Assembly: GCA_951406725.2 (NCBI GenBank)
Contig: OX597827.1
Location: 7,998,001 to 8,062,000 of the forward strand
From: Octopus vulgaris
Taxonomy: Eukaryota
Length of the DNA stretch: 64,000 nucleotides
Direction of reading: 5' to 3'
This document shows positions 1-13,811 of the stretch, one piece after another. The notes under the pieces were generated by a model. The model searched no databases, was not told the origin of the DNA, and saw only the letters and a list, made by a program, of their open reading frames with translations. Position 1 is the first letter of the stretch. Every line of letters begins with the position of its first letter. The position numbers and the translations under genes are program-made.

Positions 1-1544
1 TGTTATATTTGGTTAGGTAACATGTTCATTGACAGATCTCGTAAAAAAATGTTTTCCATTGAAGATTGACTTGGATTGAAAAAAAAAAATATACCACTGT
101 GCTTCAAGAGAAGAGTTTACAAGGGTTTTTGACACAGAGTAAGTGCACTGTGAGATATTGTCATGCTGACTGGCCTCACCATGCCATAAGGTAAGGAAGG
201 AAACACATTGGAATGATGACAATGTAGGCGGTGATAATAGTGATGGTATTGTTGATAATGATAAGAAAGAGGAAGTAGGAAGTAGAATCCAGAATATTTA
301 GTTAGTAATCTCATACTATGCTATGATACTTCTCTTTCAGCCAGCCATTACACATGTCTATTAAGAAAGAAATATGTGTCAACTCGTTCAGCTGATTGAA
401 AAGAAGGAGAGACGATGTGTTAAAATATTTCACTGATACTGCATAGAATTCAGCACTGCAAGGTACTGAATGCTTCCCCTTCCTTCTTGTGATAGATAGT
501 ACAGTAAGTATGAGTATCGAGGGAGTAAGAGTAAGAGAGGAGAGCAAGGGGAGAAGGGGAGAAAGGAGAGAAGGGGAGAAAGGAGAGGAGGGGGAGATAG
601 AAAGAATGAGAAAACAGAAGAGAATAAAAATAGCTGGAAATTGATGAGTAGTTTGGTGATTTACAGAGCCAACATTGAATCCTTCTCACATGAGTTAATT
701 GAATGAAAATCAGCAAAACAAAATGCCATTTCCTCACATGAGATATGAAAGTTATAGTTACATTAAAGTTCAAGAATAATAAGAAAAAAAAAAAAAAAAA
801 AAAATATAAAATATTTTCTGAGACTGAATTTATACAATTATGACAAAAGATACAAAAGAGAATGAATGAATGTAATTCAGTGAAACAAACTGCTATTTTC
901 TTAAATGCAATAAGAAAGTTACATTAAAAGTTATGGCTTACGAAAAATTCAAAGAATTTCCTTTGTCTAAATTTATAGAATTATAGAAAAGAAAATCCTA
1001 TTTTAGCTTTAAGTGTGACAATATTTCATCTAAATCAAGTGTACGAAATTCTTCAGGGAATAGAAATGTGTCTAATCAAAGTAAATGGATAAAATCTTTG
1101 AATCACATTGGCTAAATCACAGATCTTATGGATTATGACTAAATCTGGAATGTAGTCCACATATTTATGTCGTGTTCTTCGCAGATCTGAACCCATATGC
1201 ATATATCTGATCTTTATCTTACATTTTAGATTACTGCAAAGGTCTGTAATATGTATCCTTTAGATGCCTACGATAATATTCTTTTGTTCTTTTTACTGGT
1301 TTCGGTCATTGAACTGGGGCCATGCAGGAGCATGGTGATCAAGGATTTAGTTAATCACAGTGACCCCAGAACGTGTTTCAATCTTGTACTTATTTTATCG
1401 GCTTATATTTACCAAATGGCTAAGTTACGCTTCTCTGCACAACACTGATTTTTAGACATAAACACACACACATGTGCATGAATATGCACACACCCCACCA
1501 CCACATACACGCATACCTATATCTATATATCTATCTATACACAC

Positions 1545-2752
1545 ACACATTTGTATACATACATACTTACATACAGACATACATGCATGCATGTATGCAT
1601 GCATACATACATGCATGCATACATACATACATACATAATACATACATACATACATACATACATACATGCATACATACATATATGCATACATACATACATG
1701 CATACATACATACATGCATACATACATACATACATGCATACATACATATATGCATACATACATACATGCATACATACATACATACATACATACATACATA
1801 CATACATGCATACATACATATATGCATACATACATACATGCATACATACATAATACATACATACATACATACATACATGCATACATATATGCATACATAC
1901 ATACATGCATACATACATACATGCATACATACATATATGCATACATACATACATGCATACATACATGCATACATGCATACATGCATACATGCATACATGC
2001 ATACATACAAACATACATACATACATACATACATACATACAAACATACATACATACATACATGCATGCATACATACATACATACATACATACATGCATAT
2101 ATGCATACATACATACATGCATGCATACATACATACAAACATACATACATACATACATGCATGCATGCATACATACATACATACATACATACATACATAC
2201 ATACATACATACATACATACATACATACATACATACATGCATGCATGCATACATACATACATACATACATACATACATACATACATACATACATACATAC
2301 ATACAAACATACATACATACATGCATGCATGCATACATACATACATACATACATGCATACATACATACATACATACATACATACATGCATACATACATAC
2401 ATACATACATACATACATACATACATACATACATACATACATGCATGCATACATACATACATACATGCATACATACATACATACATACATACATGCATAC
2501 ATACATACATACATACATACATACATACATACATGCATACATACATACATACATACATACATACATACATACATACATACATACATACATACATACATAC
2601 ATACATACATACATACATACATACATAAATACATACATACATACATACATACATACATACATACATACATACATACATACATACATACATACATACATAC
2701 ATACATGCATACATACATGCATGCATACATACATACATACATGCATGCATAT
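1545..2752. repeat. Long imperfect (TACA)n/(TGCA) tetranucleotide microsatellite, about 1.2 kb
   Basis: Directly visible; explains the HTYI/MYVC pseudo-ORFs at 1452-2819. Confidence 0.98.
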
Positions 2753-2998
2753 AAACAAATACCATTCTTAATACATTGGTCAACCTGAAGCTACAGTAGA
2801 AAACATTTGTTGTAGCCACTGTGCAGTGGGGATTGAATCCAGAACCATGTGATTACAAAAAGAAAACTCCTTAACCACGATGCCTGTAACCAAGAATGGT
2901 AATAAACATTTTATAGATGGATGGCATTCAGATGACTTTAGAATGTTTTTGAGAAGCAATGACTGAGAAAGAAAGTGACTATTGGTATAGACAATCAT

Positions 2999-3420
2999 AA
3001 GGTGGTGAGCTGGCAGAAACGTTAGCACGCCGGGCGAAATGCTTTGCGGTATTTCATCCACCGCTACATTCTGAGTTCAAATTCCGCCGAGGTCGACTTT
3101 GCCTTTCATCCTTTCGGGGTCGATAAATTAAGTACCAGTGAAACACTGGGGTCGATGTAATCGACTTAATACCTATGTCTGTCCTTGTCTGTCCCCTCTA
3201 TGTTTAGCCCCTTGTGGGTAATAAAGAAATAGGTATTTCCTCTGCTGCTACATTCTGAGTTCAAATTCCGCCGAGGCCAACTTTGCCTTTCATCATTTCA
3301 GTGTAGATTAAATAAGTACCAGCTACGGACTGGGGTTGATATAATCGACTTAATCTGTTTGTCTGTCCTTGTTTGTCCTCTCTGTTTTTAGCCCCTTGTG
3401 GGTAGTAAAGAAATAGGTAT
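2999..3420 (+). mobile_element. SINE family B with internally duplicated body
   Basis: Head aaggtggtgagctggcagaaacgttagc, B-box-like gagttcaaattcc, core gactttgcctttcatcctttcggggtcgataaattaagtaccag; the body occurs twice (about 3050-3236 and 3233-3420). The core resembles the Meta-SINE domain (from memory). Confidence 0.85.
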
Positions 3421-3489
3421 AGACAGTCATTCATTAAAGGCAGTATTTGTTGTTGACTGAACTTTGCATTTTTTCATTAAGAAACCGTA

Positions 3490-4165
3490 TATCATCTATC
3501 TTTTAATTTTTACTTGTTTCAGTCTTTGGGCTGTGGTCATGCTGGGGCACTGCTTTGAATGGTTTAGATCAGTGTTTCTTAACCATTTGTTAGCTGTGGA
3601 CCCCTTTGATTTCTTTTTTACTTGGATGGACTCTCATAGCCTTTTGATGTTTTAAAAAAATCATATCATATTTTTAAAATTAAATATTATTAGGAATTGT
3701 AAAAAAAATTGTTAAAATATTTTGTGAATTGTAGAAATATAATAAATTTATTGCAGATAAATTTCAACAACAAATTTTTAAGTGGACCCTCCCCCGACCA
3801 AGGACCATAGCTTAGATGAACAAATCAACCCAAGTACATAACTTTTACTGATACTCATGCTAGGTTTCTTTTGCAGGACTGTTAAAGTTACAGGAGTGTA
3901 AACAAACCAACACCAGTTGTCAAGTGGTGGTGGGAGACAAACATAACACAAACTCAAAACCACACACATAGATACATATACATACATACATACATACATA
4001 CACACACGATGGGCTCCTTTCAGTTTCCACCAACCAGTTCCACTAACAAGGCATTTGTCAACCTAGGGCAAGAGTAGAGGACACTTACCCAAGCTACAAC
4101 ACAGTGAGATTGAACTGGGAACCATGCGGTTGGGAAGCAAGCTTCTTTCAACACAGCCATGCCTA
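3490..4165 (-). mobile_element. Older SINE family A copy interrupted by a hAT-like MITE (about 3570-3800)
   Basis: Diverged family A tail (ttacttgtttcagtc...) and head (...cacagccatgcct); internal cagtgtttcttaacc...ggacc segment resembles the MITE at 6617. Confidence 0.65.
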
Positions 4166-4564
4166 TAACACAGCCACGTATACATTTTTTAAAAGATGAA
4201 GCATAGATTGACAATACTTTAGTTGCTATTTCTAACTAATAATTGAATGACCACACTGACTCTCATTTGGCTTGTGATGTCAGCAGTATGACCAGAGCTT
4301 CTTAAGTAAGCAAACAACTGTTATGAGCCAACAATCAACCACCAATATAGCTGACAGATCCCACTCAGGTTACATTCTATTATGATATCTTAAAACAAAG
4401 CAAGCACATGACCTATTGGATAGTATATTTCTAGATCCACTGTCTCTGAATAAAAGGCAGAATTGTCATCAGTAGGACATCTTTATTTATCGTTTATTTA
4501 TTTGACCAAATCTGACAACAATAACAAAATCAACAACAACAACAACAACAACAACATAAAACTG

Positions 4565-5170
4565 TCTTTTAACTTGTTTCACTCATTTGACTGTGGCCAT
4601 ACTGGGGCACCACCCTGAAGGGTTTTAGTCAAACAAATTAACCCCAGGACTTATTTTTTCTAACCTCGTACTTATTCTATTTGTCTTCTATACTGAACCA
4701 CTATGGGGATGTAAACATGGCAACACTGTTTGTTGAGTGATGGTGGGGAACAAACACTTACACAAAGACACACACACACACATAGATTCATACACACACA
4801 CACACACACACATATAGATACAACAGGTTTCTTCCAGTTTCCATCAACCAAATCCGTTCTAAGGCCTTGGTTGGCCTGAGGCTATAGTAGAAGACACTAA
4901 GACAATGAGCTGTCTTTACGTTCTGAGTTCAAATTCCGCTGAGGTCAACTTTGCCTTCATCCTTTTGGTGGGGGTGGATAAATTAAGTACCAGTTGCATA
5001 CTGGGGTCGATCTAATCGACTGCCCCCTCTCCCCCAAAATTTCAGTCCTTGTGCCTAGAATAGAAAAGAATATAGCAGAAGACACTTGCCTAAGGTACCA
5101 CATGGTAGGACTGAACCCAGAACTATGTGGTTGGAAAGCAAGCTTCTTACCACACAGTCCAGTCACACCT
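4565..5170 (-). mobile_element. Older SINE family A copy with a family B SINE (+, about 4905-5070) nested inside
   Basis: The motif tatag(t/c)agaagacact occurs on both sides of the B insert (4883-4898 and 5071-5086). Confidence 0.7.
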
Positions 5171-5478
5171 GTACTTATGCTGAGATGTATTACAAACAGG
5201 TTTTGCTAGCTTAAACAATCAGAGGAAAGGAAACCCAGAAAATAATTCAAGAGCCAATGGACTTATTTAAAATAACTGTGATTTATCTGGGTCCTCTGTG
5301 TATCTTATGCGTCAATGCCTGGAAATTTTCACTCCAAAATACAAACAAAATTGAGCAAAGTTGATTTTGTATGGAAGACCAGCAGTTATCCATGCATGCA
5401 AGTCTCCTTATTCTCCTGTAACATCATTAAGTGGCCCCTGCTTAGAGCAAAGCATCTCTACTGTTTATTTTTACCTAT

Positions 5479-5861
5479 GGGAAGCACTCCATTGGTTACG
5501 ACGACGAGGGTTCCAGTTGATCCGAATCAACAGAACAGCCTGCTTGTGAAATTAACGTGTAAGTGGCTGAGCACTCCACAGACACGTGCACCCTTAACGT
5601 AGTTCTCGGGGATATTCAGCGTGACACAGAGAGTGACAAGGCCGGCCCTTTGAAATACAGGTACAACAGAAACAGGAAGAGTGAGAGAAAGTTGTGGTGA
5701 AAGAGTACAGCAGGGATCACCACCATCCCTCCTGGAGCCTCGTGGAGCTTTTAGGTGTTTTCGCTCAATAAACACTCACAACGCCCGGTCTGGGAATCGA
5801 AACCGTGATCCTATGACTGCGAGTCTGCTGCCCTAACCATTGTGGGCCATTGTGCCTCCAC
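5479..5861 (-). mobile_element. SINE family C (tRNA-Arg-like head, OR-type), full length, tail type 1
   Basis: Reverse complement of the copy at 50927; 12-bp TSD atttttacctat at 5467-5478 and 5862-5873. Confidence 0.9.
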
Positions 5862-6616
5862 ATTTTTACCTATAATGAGTCCTGGAATCGTAACGCTTCT
5901 ACTTATCCAATGAGCAATTCCATATGACATTTTTAAAGAAGTTTATATTCTGAGATTATTACCAGAATGGTAATTCAAATTACTCTGCCATATGTAAAGC
6001 TTATCTATTCATATTGCTTTGAATCAATCATGTGATGTGTCATAGCTATTAAATTTGGGTGATGTTATTGTCTATTTTTAGAATGGCATTGTAGGGTAGA
6101 TGTGAGAGGTTAGATGAGGCCAATTTAAACATGAAACAGGAAACATATTTTGGCTGGATATGGCCGGTTTAAATGCTAAAGCGTTAATTTATTTTGTAAT
6201 GCTGATACACTATATATTGATGTGCATTTTCTCAAATCATCTCCATGAGTTGCATTTTTGGCACACACACATTCACACATACAATCCTCTACTGTTCATT
6301 GTTTAATTTCTAATCAACCTTGAATGATAGGCTTATAATCAAAGACATTCCAGCCATAACTATCACATTGGTTTTTCAGTTTCAAGAATCATTATTTTTT
6401 TTTTTTTTTTTTTGTATTTTAACAATTTTGTTTCAAACAAGGCTTGTGACCACTGTAGCATAAGAGACTGCAAGAAGTGGGAAGAAGGGATCTATAGATT
6501 TGAGAGATGTCAATTGACAGAAAGCTTAAAGGACTGAATAGTTGTGGATCAGAGAACAAGACAATGATGGTGCATGCCAGGGAGCAGTAGTTCAAGGAAA
6601 GCGGCTATTATTAGAA

Positions 6617-7016
6617 CAGGGTTCTCAACCATGGTCCACGTGACCCTTGGTGTTCCGTATAAGATTTGTTGTTAAAATTTATTTGCATTTAATTAGTTAT
6701 ACTTCTACAGTATACAAAATATTTTAACAATTTTTTTCTTACAATTCCTGATAATATATGATTAGGAAAATATAATAGGGCTTTTTAAACTTTGAATGGC
6801 TAGGAGAGTCTACAGTCATGGCCGAAAGTTTGGGACATTTTAAAAATTAACATTGTTTGGCTCAAGTACAATTCTCTTCAAATATATACATCTATATTTG
6901 GGCATCTAATATAAAAATTCAAATTTCAGAGTTATGTTCCAAACTTTTGGCCAAGACTGTACTTGTGTAAAATAGGAATCAAAGAAGTCCATAAGTAGAA
7001 AATGGTTGAGAAACAA
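6617..7016. mobile_element. hAT-like MITE hosting a Tc1-like MITE
   Basis: Ends cagggttctcaacc and ggttgagaaacaat form degenerate TIRs. Confidence 0.6.
6811..6961. mobile_element. Tc1/mariner-type MITE
   Basis: TA-cagtcatggccgaaagtttgggaca ... tgttccaaacttttggccaagactg-TA: 25-bp TIRs with 3 mismatches and TA TSD. Confidence 0.85.
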
Positions 7017-7183
7017 TATATCAGAGTAAAGTGGATTATGACTAACAGGAAGCTCACCAGAGTAACAATGTGCCTAAGTAAGAGAAGTGGGTAATGCATT
7101 AATTGATCTTGAGAGAGGAAACTAGACCAGAAACCTCATCAGAGCAATGACCTCTGTATCTCTGTATCTTTGTTCTGTACCTT

Positions 7184-7405
7184 TTAACCCTTTAGTGTTC
7201 GCACTATTCTGCCAAAATTAATCCTTTTTCATCCACATTGCCTTGAACTAATCAGGCATTATCTTGTAGCTTTGAGATTTTGATGAGGTAGATTTTAAAA
7301 CGATATTGTAGGGTTGGTGTGAGAGACCAGATCTGGCCATTTTGAACATAAAACAGGCAGAATACTTTTGGCCGGATATGGCCGGTTTAAATGCTAAAGG
7401 GTTAA
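7184..7405. mobile_element. piggyBac-type MITE-1
   Basis: TTAA-ccctttag ... ctaaaggg-TTAA; near-identical to 27007-27235. Older copies at about 5990-6187, 22672-22886 and 42585-42808. Confidence 0.85.
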
Positions 7406-7899
7406 AGACTTTGGGATATGGTTTGAGAGAGATTGGCTACTATTTCTAGTAGGACATGCAACTACATGGAGGCTCACTCAGTCACTTATCTTTTTATTGG
7501 TTTCAGTTACTGTATAGGGATCATGCTGGATCATTGTCTTCAGTGGTGTAGTCAAATATATCAGCTTTAGTACTTATAAACAGATAGTATTTCATCAACA
7601 TGGCGGATGAAAAATAAAATCAACTTGGAAAAAACTTTGACTACAGAACATAATGGGACCTAATCAAATAGCAATGCGTTTCTTCTTTTGCTTTTTGTCT
7701 AATGCTCTACTAATTTCTGGTAGAACATCAAGCAAATGTCCTATGGATCTGTGGAAGAGTGGAATAAAAGATAACCATATTGAATCCTTTGTATTTTGAT
7801 AAAGCTCTGTAAGGTGGTCTTGGTCCTAGAAAGTATTTTTATGTCACTGTATGGCATTTAAAGAAGAGTAAAGGAAACTTTGACCAAAGTGGAGAACAT

Positions 7900-8350
7900 A
7901 GGCACAAGTATGGCCTTGTGGGTTAAGAAGCTTGCTTTGCCATCGTGTGGTTTTGGGTTCAGTTCTACTGCATGGCACCTTGAGTAAGCAACTTCTACTA
8001 ATAGCCCCAGGCTGGCCAATGTGTGAATGAATTCAACAGATGAAAACTGTCTGGAAACCTATTGCATGTGTGTGCATGCATGGATGTGTGTGTGTGTGTG
8101 TATGTGTGTGTGTGTATGTGTGTGTGTGCATGCCTTTTTTGGGGCTTGTCCCCTAACACCTGCTTGACTACCAGTGTTAGTTTGATTACATCCCCATAAC
8201 TTAGCAGTTCAGCAAAAGAATCTGACAGAATATGTACCAGACTTTCAAAAAACATAAGTGCTAGGATCGATTTGTTTGGCTAAACCTTTCAAGGCAGTGT
8301 CCCAGCATGGCCACAGTACAATGACTGAAACAATTAATAGAAAAATAGAT
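7900..8350 (+). mobile_element. Older SINE family A copy
   Basis: Head ggcacaagtatggccttgtgggttaagaagcttgct, central (TG)n, tail ccagcatggccacagtacaatgactgaaaca. Confidence 0.75.
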
Positions 8351-8588
8351 AAAAAAAAGTACATATTGATACAATGTGCAAGGTTGATAATAATCTCTAT
8401 ACTTGTCATGGTTTAGGTACATCTATAGCACAGCTGTAGTATTTATCACTGTAACATTATATTGGAAAAATATCTATAAAATAGATCTATGCCATCAAAT
8501 GATTCTTAATACAGACTTGTACCTAACAAACTTTCATCTATCAAATTATGTTGCGCATAAACTGACTGGGTGGTTAAGAATTTCTCTT

Positions 8589-8896
8589 GTGGAGGCACAT
8601 GGCCAAGTGGTTAGAGTAGCAGACTCACGGTCGAGGGATCGCGGGTTCGAATCTCAAACCGGGCGATGTGTGTGTTTATGAGCGAAACACCTAAGCTCCA
8701 CACAGCTCCGGCAGAAGGTAATGGAGAAACTTCTGCTGATTCTTTCGCCACAACTTTCTCTCGCTCTTTCCTCCTGCATCTTGCAGCTCACCTGCAATGG
8801 ACCGGCGTCTTGTCCAGGTGGGGAACCTATACACCATTGAAACTGGGAAACCAGCCCTTATGAGCCAGGCATGGCTCGAGAAGGAACAAACAACAA
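8589..8896 (+). mobile_element. SINE family C, tail type 2
   Basis: Head gtggaggcacatggccaagtggttagagt...ggttcgaatctc; 10-bp TSD aatttctctt at 8579-8588 and 8897-8906. Confidence 0.88.
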
Positions 8897-9227
8897 AATT
8901 TCTCTTCCTACCAGAAAGACTTTTGAATTCACAACTCTGCTGTACAGAACCTTGAGCAAATGTCTTATGGGAGCCTTGTAAGTGAAATTTAGAAGACAGG
9001 AAAATGTACAGAAGCCTGTTGGAAGAAAGACAAAAGCATTTCCTATTTTTGCATGGTGGACCCTACACCGGCTACTTGGTTTAGCACCAACACCTGGCCC
9101 TTGGAACATTTAGCAAACATTCAGGCCAAGTCTCTGACCTTAGGATACCTTCCACCTTTCCTCCCACCGATTTTCAGGATCCTGAAAAGGGTCAGGGGTG
9201 CTACTCTTCCTCCCTTATGTCAAGCAG

Positions 9228-9266
9228 AATTATTATTATTATTATTATTATTACTATTACTATTAC

Positions 9267-9311
<45 letters not shown>

Positions 9312-9318
9312 TACTATT

Positions 9319-9370
<52 letters not shown>

Positions 9371-9388
9371 GTAATAGTAATAATAGTA

Positions 9389-9461
<73 letters not shown>

Positions 9462-9464
9462 TAA
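9228..9464. repeat. (ATT)n abutting (AAT)n: inverted trinucleotide microsatellite
   Basis: Strand switch at about 9320. Confidence 0.95.
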
Positions 9465-10030
9465 TCCTTTCTAGTAAAATCTCAAGGCCTGAAATTGTTG
9501 GGGAGGGGACTAGTTGATTACCTCAGCCCCAGTATTTCACTGGTACTTAATCTATCAATCCCAAGAGGATGAAAGACAAAGTCGACCATGGCAGAATTTG
9601 AACTCAGAATGTAACGACAGATGGAAGATGTCGACCCCTGTATGTAACCAGTCCTTATTTCATTGACCCCTCCCCCAATAAGATGAAAGGCAAAGTTGAC
9701 CTAATAATGGTTTCTGATACAGGTACAAGGCTAAGTATTTTGAGAGGGGTTAGTTGATATCATCGACTTCAGTACATGCTTAGCACTTTATTTTAATATC
9801 TCTGAAAGGCAAAGATGACATTGGCAATAATAATAATAGAGCTTTTTGATTTAGGCACACAGTCAGCATTTTTTAGGGTTAGGGGTTAGCTGATGCTGTT
9901 GTCCCCATTACTTGATTGGTACTTTATTTTATCAACTTGTAAAGGATGAAAGGCAAAGTTGACGTCAACAGGGTGTAAACTCAGCATGTAAAGAGATGGA
10001 GGACGTGTTGCAAAGCCTTTGTTTTAATGC
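9465..10030 (-). mobile_element. Cluster of three to four degenerate family B SINE copies
   Basis: Repeated (g)gatgaaaggcaaagttgac and tttgaactcagaatgtaa motifs; more copies at 10695-10870 and 11465-11835. Confidence 0.7.
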
Positions 10031-10127
10031 TCTAAAGATGCTACCTAATAATAACAGCCCTTCCTAATGCCAACCACTCCGAGAGTGGTTGGTGTTAGGA
10101 AGGGCTGTTATTATTAGGTAGCTAGCA

Positions 10128-10279
10128 CCAACCACTCTCAGAGTGGTTGGCATTAGGAAGGGCATCTAGCTGTAGAAACTTTGCCAAATCAAGATTTGGA
10201 GCCTGGTGCAGCCATCTGGTTCGCCAGCCCTCAGTCAAAATCGTCCAACCCCTGCTAGCATGGAAAGCGGACGTTAAAC

Positions 10280-10331
<52 letters not shown>

Positions 10332-10385
10332 GTGATGACGATGACGATGATGATGATGGTGGTGGTGATGATGATGATGATGAAA
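10128..10385 (+). mobile_element. SINE/LINE-tail family E with (GAT)n tail
   Basis: ggttggcattaggaagggcatc...gctagcatggaaagcggacgttaaacgatgatg. Other copies at 11270-11417(-), 23130-23277(+), 39840-39982(-) and 58985-59178(-). Confidence 0.8.
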
Positions 10386-10899
10386 AGCAACATCATTTCA
10401 GGTAAGGAAGTAGAAAAGATCTTAAAAATATATTGATTGAAAAGCGGAGATGTTAGAAATGTGGGAATATTTAGCAGCCAAAGTGTAAATTGTACTGGTT
10501 ACCGTCAAAGCATTTTTGCTTTAATTCCCAAAATACTATCACACCACATGGAGTGGATGGACATAAAGACAACTATGCACATTTCCCCACCCTCCATCTA
10601 CCCTCCTTGGACAGCTTATTTTCTCAGAAAATACTTTCTGTCGAAGGATTGACAGTTACCATGAAAATAAGAAAAAAAAAAACAGATAATAATTCTCTCT
10701 ACTATAGGTACAAGGCCTGAAATTTTATGGAAGGGCCTTAGTCAATGACATCCACCTCTCACCCCAGGGTTCAACTGGTACCTATTTTATTGACCCCTAA
10801 AAGGATGAAAGGCAGACTCAGCTTTGGTGGAATATGAACTCACAATGTAAAGATGTCCAATGTGCTACCTCCACTTCCAGTTTAATCACCTTAGAAATC

Positions 10900-10917
10900 A
10901 TAATAAATGTAGTAGTA

Positions 10918-10993
<76 letters not shown>

Positions 10994-11022
10994 TGATAAT
11001 AATAATAATAATAATAATAATG

Positions 11023-11064
<42 letters not shown>

Positions 11065-11065
11065 T

Positions 11066-11113
<48 letters not shown>

Positions 11114-11114
11114 C

Positions 11115-11149
<35 letters not shown>

Positions 11150-11162
11150 CATAAAAATAATA

Positions 11163-11199
<37 letters not shown>

Positions 11200-11214
11200 T
11201 AATAAATTAATAAT

Positions 11215-11271
<57 letters not shown>

Positions 11272-11415
11272 CATCATCATCATCATTTAGCATCCGTTTT
11301 CCATGCTAGCATGGGTTGGACGGTTCAACTGGGGTCTGTGAAGCCGGAAGGCCACATCAGGCCCAGTCAGATCTGGCAGCGTTTCTACGGCTGGATGCCC
11401 TTCCTAACACCAACC

Positions 11416-11464
<49 letters not shown>

Positions 11465-11872
11465 CTTTTCTACTATAGCAGTGGTTCCCAATCTTTTCAC
11501 TACCTAGGACCCCTTTTATTTAAATGAGTTTTCCCACAGGTACCAGGATATTGAAAGGTCTGTCAGTTTAACGTGCTCATGGACCCCCAGTACCACCTTT
11601 ATGGACCATCAGGGGTCCACAGACCACAGGTAGGGAACCACTGTACTACAGGCACAAGGACTGAAATATTGTGGGGGGGGGGTAGTCAATTACATCAAGC
11701 TCTATACTCAAGTGGTTATTATTTTATTGAACCCCTCCAAAAAGATGAAAGGCAAAGTGGCTCCCCATTGAATTTGAACTCAGAATGTAAAGACAGACAG
11801 AATGTCGCTAAGTATTTTGTCTGGTGTGCAAACAATTCTGCTAGCTTGCTGCCTTAATAATAATAATAATAA

Positions 11873-11960
<88 letters not shown>

Positions 11961-11971
11961 TAATAATAACA

Positions 11972-12045
<74 letters not shown>

Positions 12046-12106
12046 AATGATGATAATGATGATGATGATGATGATAATGATGACGATGATGATAATGATA
12101 ATGATA

Positions 12107-12138
<32 letters not shown>

Positions 12139-12220
12139 AATGATGAGGATGATGATGATGATGATGATAATGATGATAATGATGATAATGATGATGATGA
12201 TAATGATGATGATGATGATT
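10900..12220. repeat. Compound (AAT)n, (TAG)n and (GAT)n microsatellites interleaved with SINE fragments
   Basis: Directly visible; source of the poly-I/N/M/H pseudo-ORFs. Confidence 0.95.
11479..11643. mobile_element. hAT-type MITE inserted in a family B SINE
   Basis: TIRs cagtggttccc / gggaaccactg; 8-bp TSD tactatag (11471-11478) and tactacag (11644-11651). Confidence 0.85.
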
Positions 12221-12347
12221 TCTTACATTATACAAGAAATAATAGAACAAAAGCAAATAGGGTGTAACAGAGCTGTATCATATGCTGTAAAATGTAAAAT
12301 TATCAGATGTATTGCATGTAACCTAGTTATCAATTAAATAAACTTAC

Positions 12348-12432
12348 TCCAGACACTATACTTTATTAATTGATATCTTTGTTAATATGAAAATACAGTG
12401 GAGATGATAAGGGTGAGCCAAACTCAGGATCC
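12348..12432 (-). other. Candidate non-coding exon (85 nt)
   Basis: Minus-strand acceptor ttttggtgggggttgcttcAG and donor ga|GTAAGT; stops in all three frames and no ATG. Confidence 0.4.
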
Positions 12433-12510
12433 CTGAAGCAACCCCCACCAAAAAAAAATAAATAAATAAATGGAAAAGTTTCCTGTTTTAATCCCTGGCC
12501 CAATATAATA

Positions 12511-12511
<1 letters not shown>

Positions 12512-12574
<63 letters not shown>

Positions 12575-12577
12575 ACA

Positions 12578-12646
<69 letters not shown>

Positions 12647-12679
12647 ACACACACACACACACATACACACACACACATA

Positions 12680-12732
<53 letters not shown>

Positions 12733-12835
12733 ACACACATACACACACACACACATACACACACATACACACACACATACACACACATACACACACATAC
12801 ACACACGCACATACACACACACATACACACACACA

Positions 12836-12900
<65 letters not shown>

Positions 12901-12913
12901 ACACATACACACA

Positions 12914-12978
<65 letters not shown>

Positions 12979-13029
12979 ACACACATACACACACACACAC
13001 ATACACACACACACATACACACATACACA

Positions 13030-13087
<58 letters not shown>
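12512..13087. repeat. (CA)n microsatellite, about 575 bp
   Basis: Directly visible. Confidence 0.98.
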
Positions 13088-13089
<2 letters not shown>

Positions 13090-13468
13090 GTGAGAGAATA
13101 GGAGAAGTGAGTAAAAGATCTTAGATTGACTTGAAGAAATTTATGATTCCAATGCTGTTTGGAATGAAAGCATCACATGCAATGGAGAACTTTTCAAAAG
13201 TAAACTCTCTCTCATTCTCAATGAAACCTAAAATTTCCATTTGAAAAAAAAAAAATAATTAAAAAAAATAAAAAGCAAAAAAAAAATTTTGAAATTCCAC
13301 TCAATTATCAATTGAAAATTAAGGGTCAACTTCAGAAAGGAAACATTTTTTTTTTTTTTGGGATACACTTAAAATATATTTGGGATTCAAAAATGGAATT
13401 TAATGATGCCTAGAAAAATGGAAATATAGTTTATTCAGTGAGAGAGTTTAAAGAAACAATATTCTACA

Positions 13469-13510
<42 letters not shown>

Positions 13511-13634
13511 TAAGGGCATTTTAAAAGGCTCGCTTCAAGAATTGCATTTCCTCGCGTTCAGTACAATGTGTTTATTACGGTAGTTTTGACTTTAAGAGTC
13601 CCTCCTAGTGTGAGGCATTTAAGTATAGAAATGC

Positions 13635-13678
<44 letters not shown>

Positions 13679-13811
13679 ATATAAAGGGCATTTTAAAAGG
13701 CTCGCTTTGAGAATTGCATTCCCTCGCATTCAGTACAATGTGTTTATTATGGTAGTTTTGACTTTTAGAGTCCCTCCTAGTGTGAGGCATTTATGTATAG
13801 TAATGCCCTTA
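13511..13811. mobile_element. Two tandem 130-bp units with short TIRs embedded in (TA)n
   Basis: Units 13511-13639 and 13683-13811 are nearly identical; each begins aagggcattt and ends aatgccctt; flanked and separated by TA runs. Confidence 0.75.

Noticed and set aside
1452-2819. Long ORFs of 288-455 aa (MYVC/HTYI repeats) and similar YI, CV, poly-I/N/M/H ORFs elsewhere
   Set aside because: They are translations of stop-free microsatellites, open in several frames on both strands.
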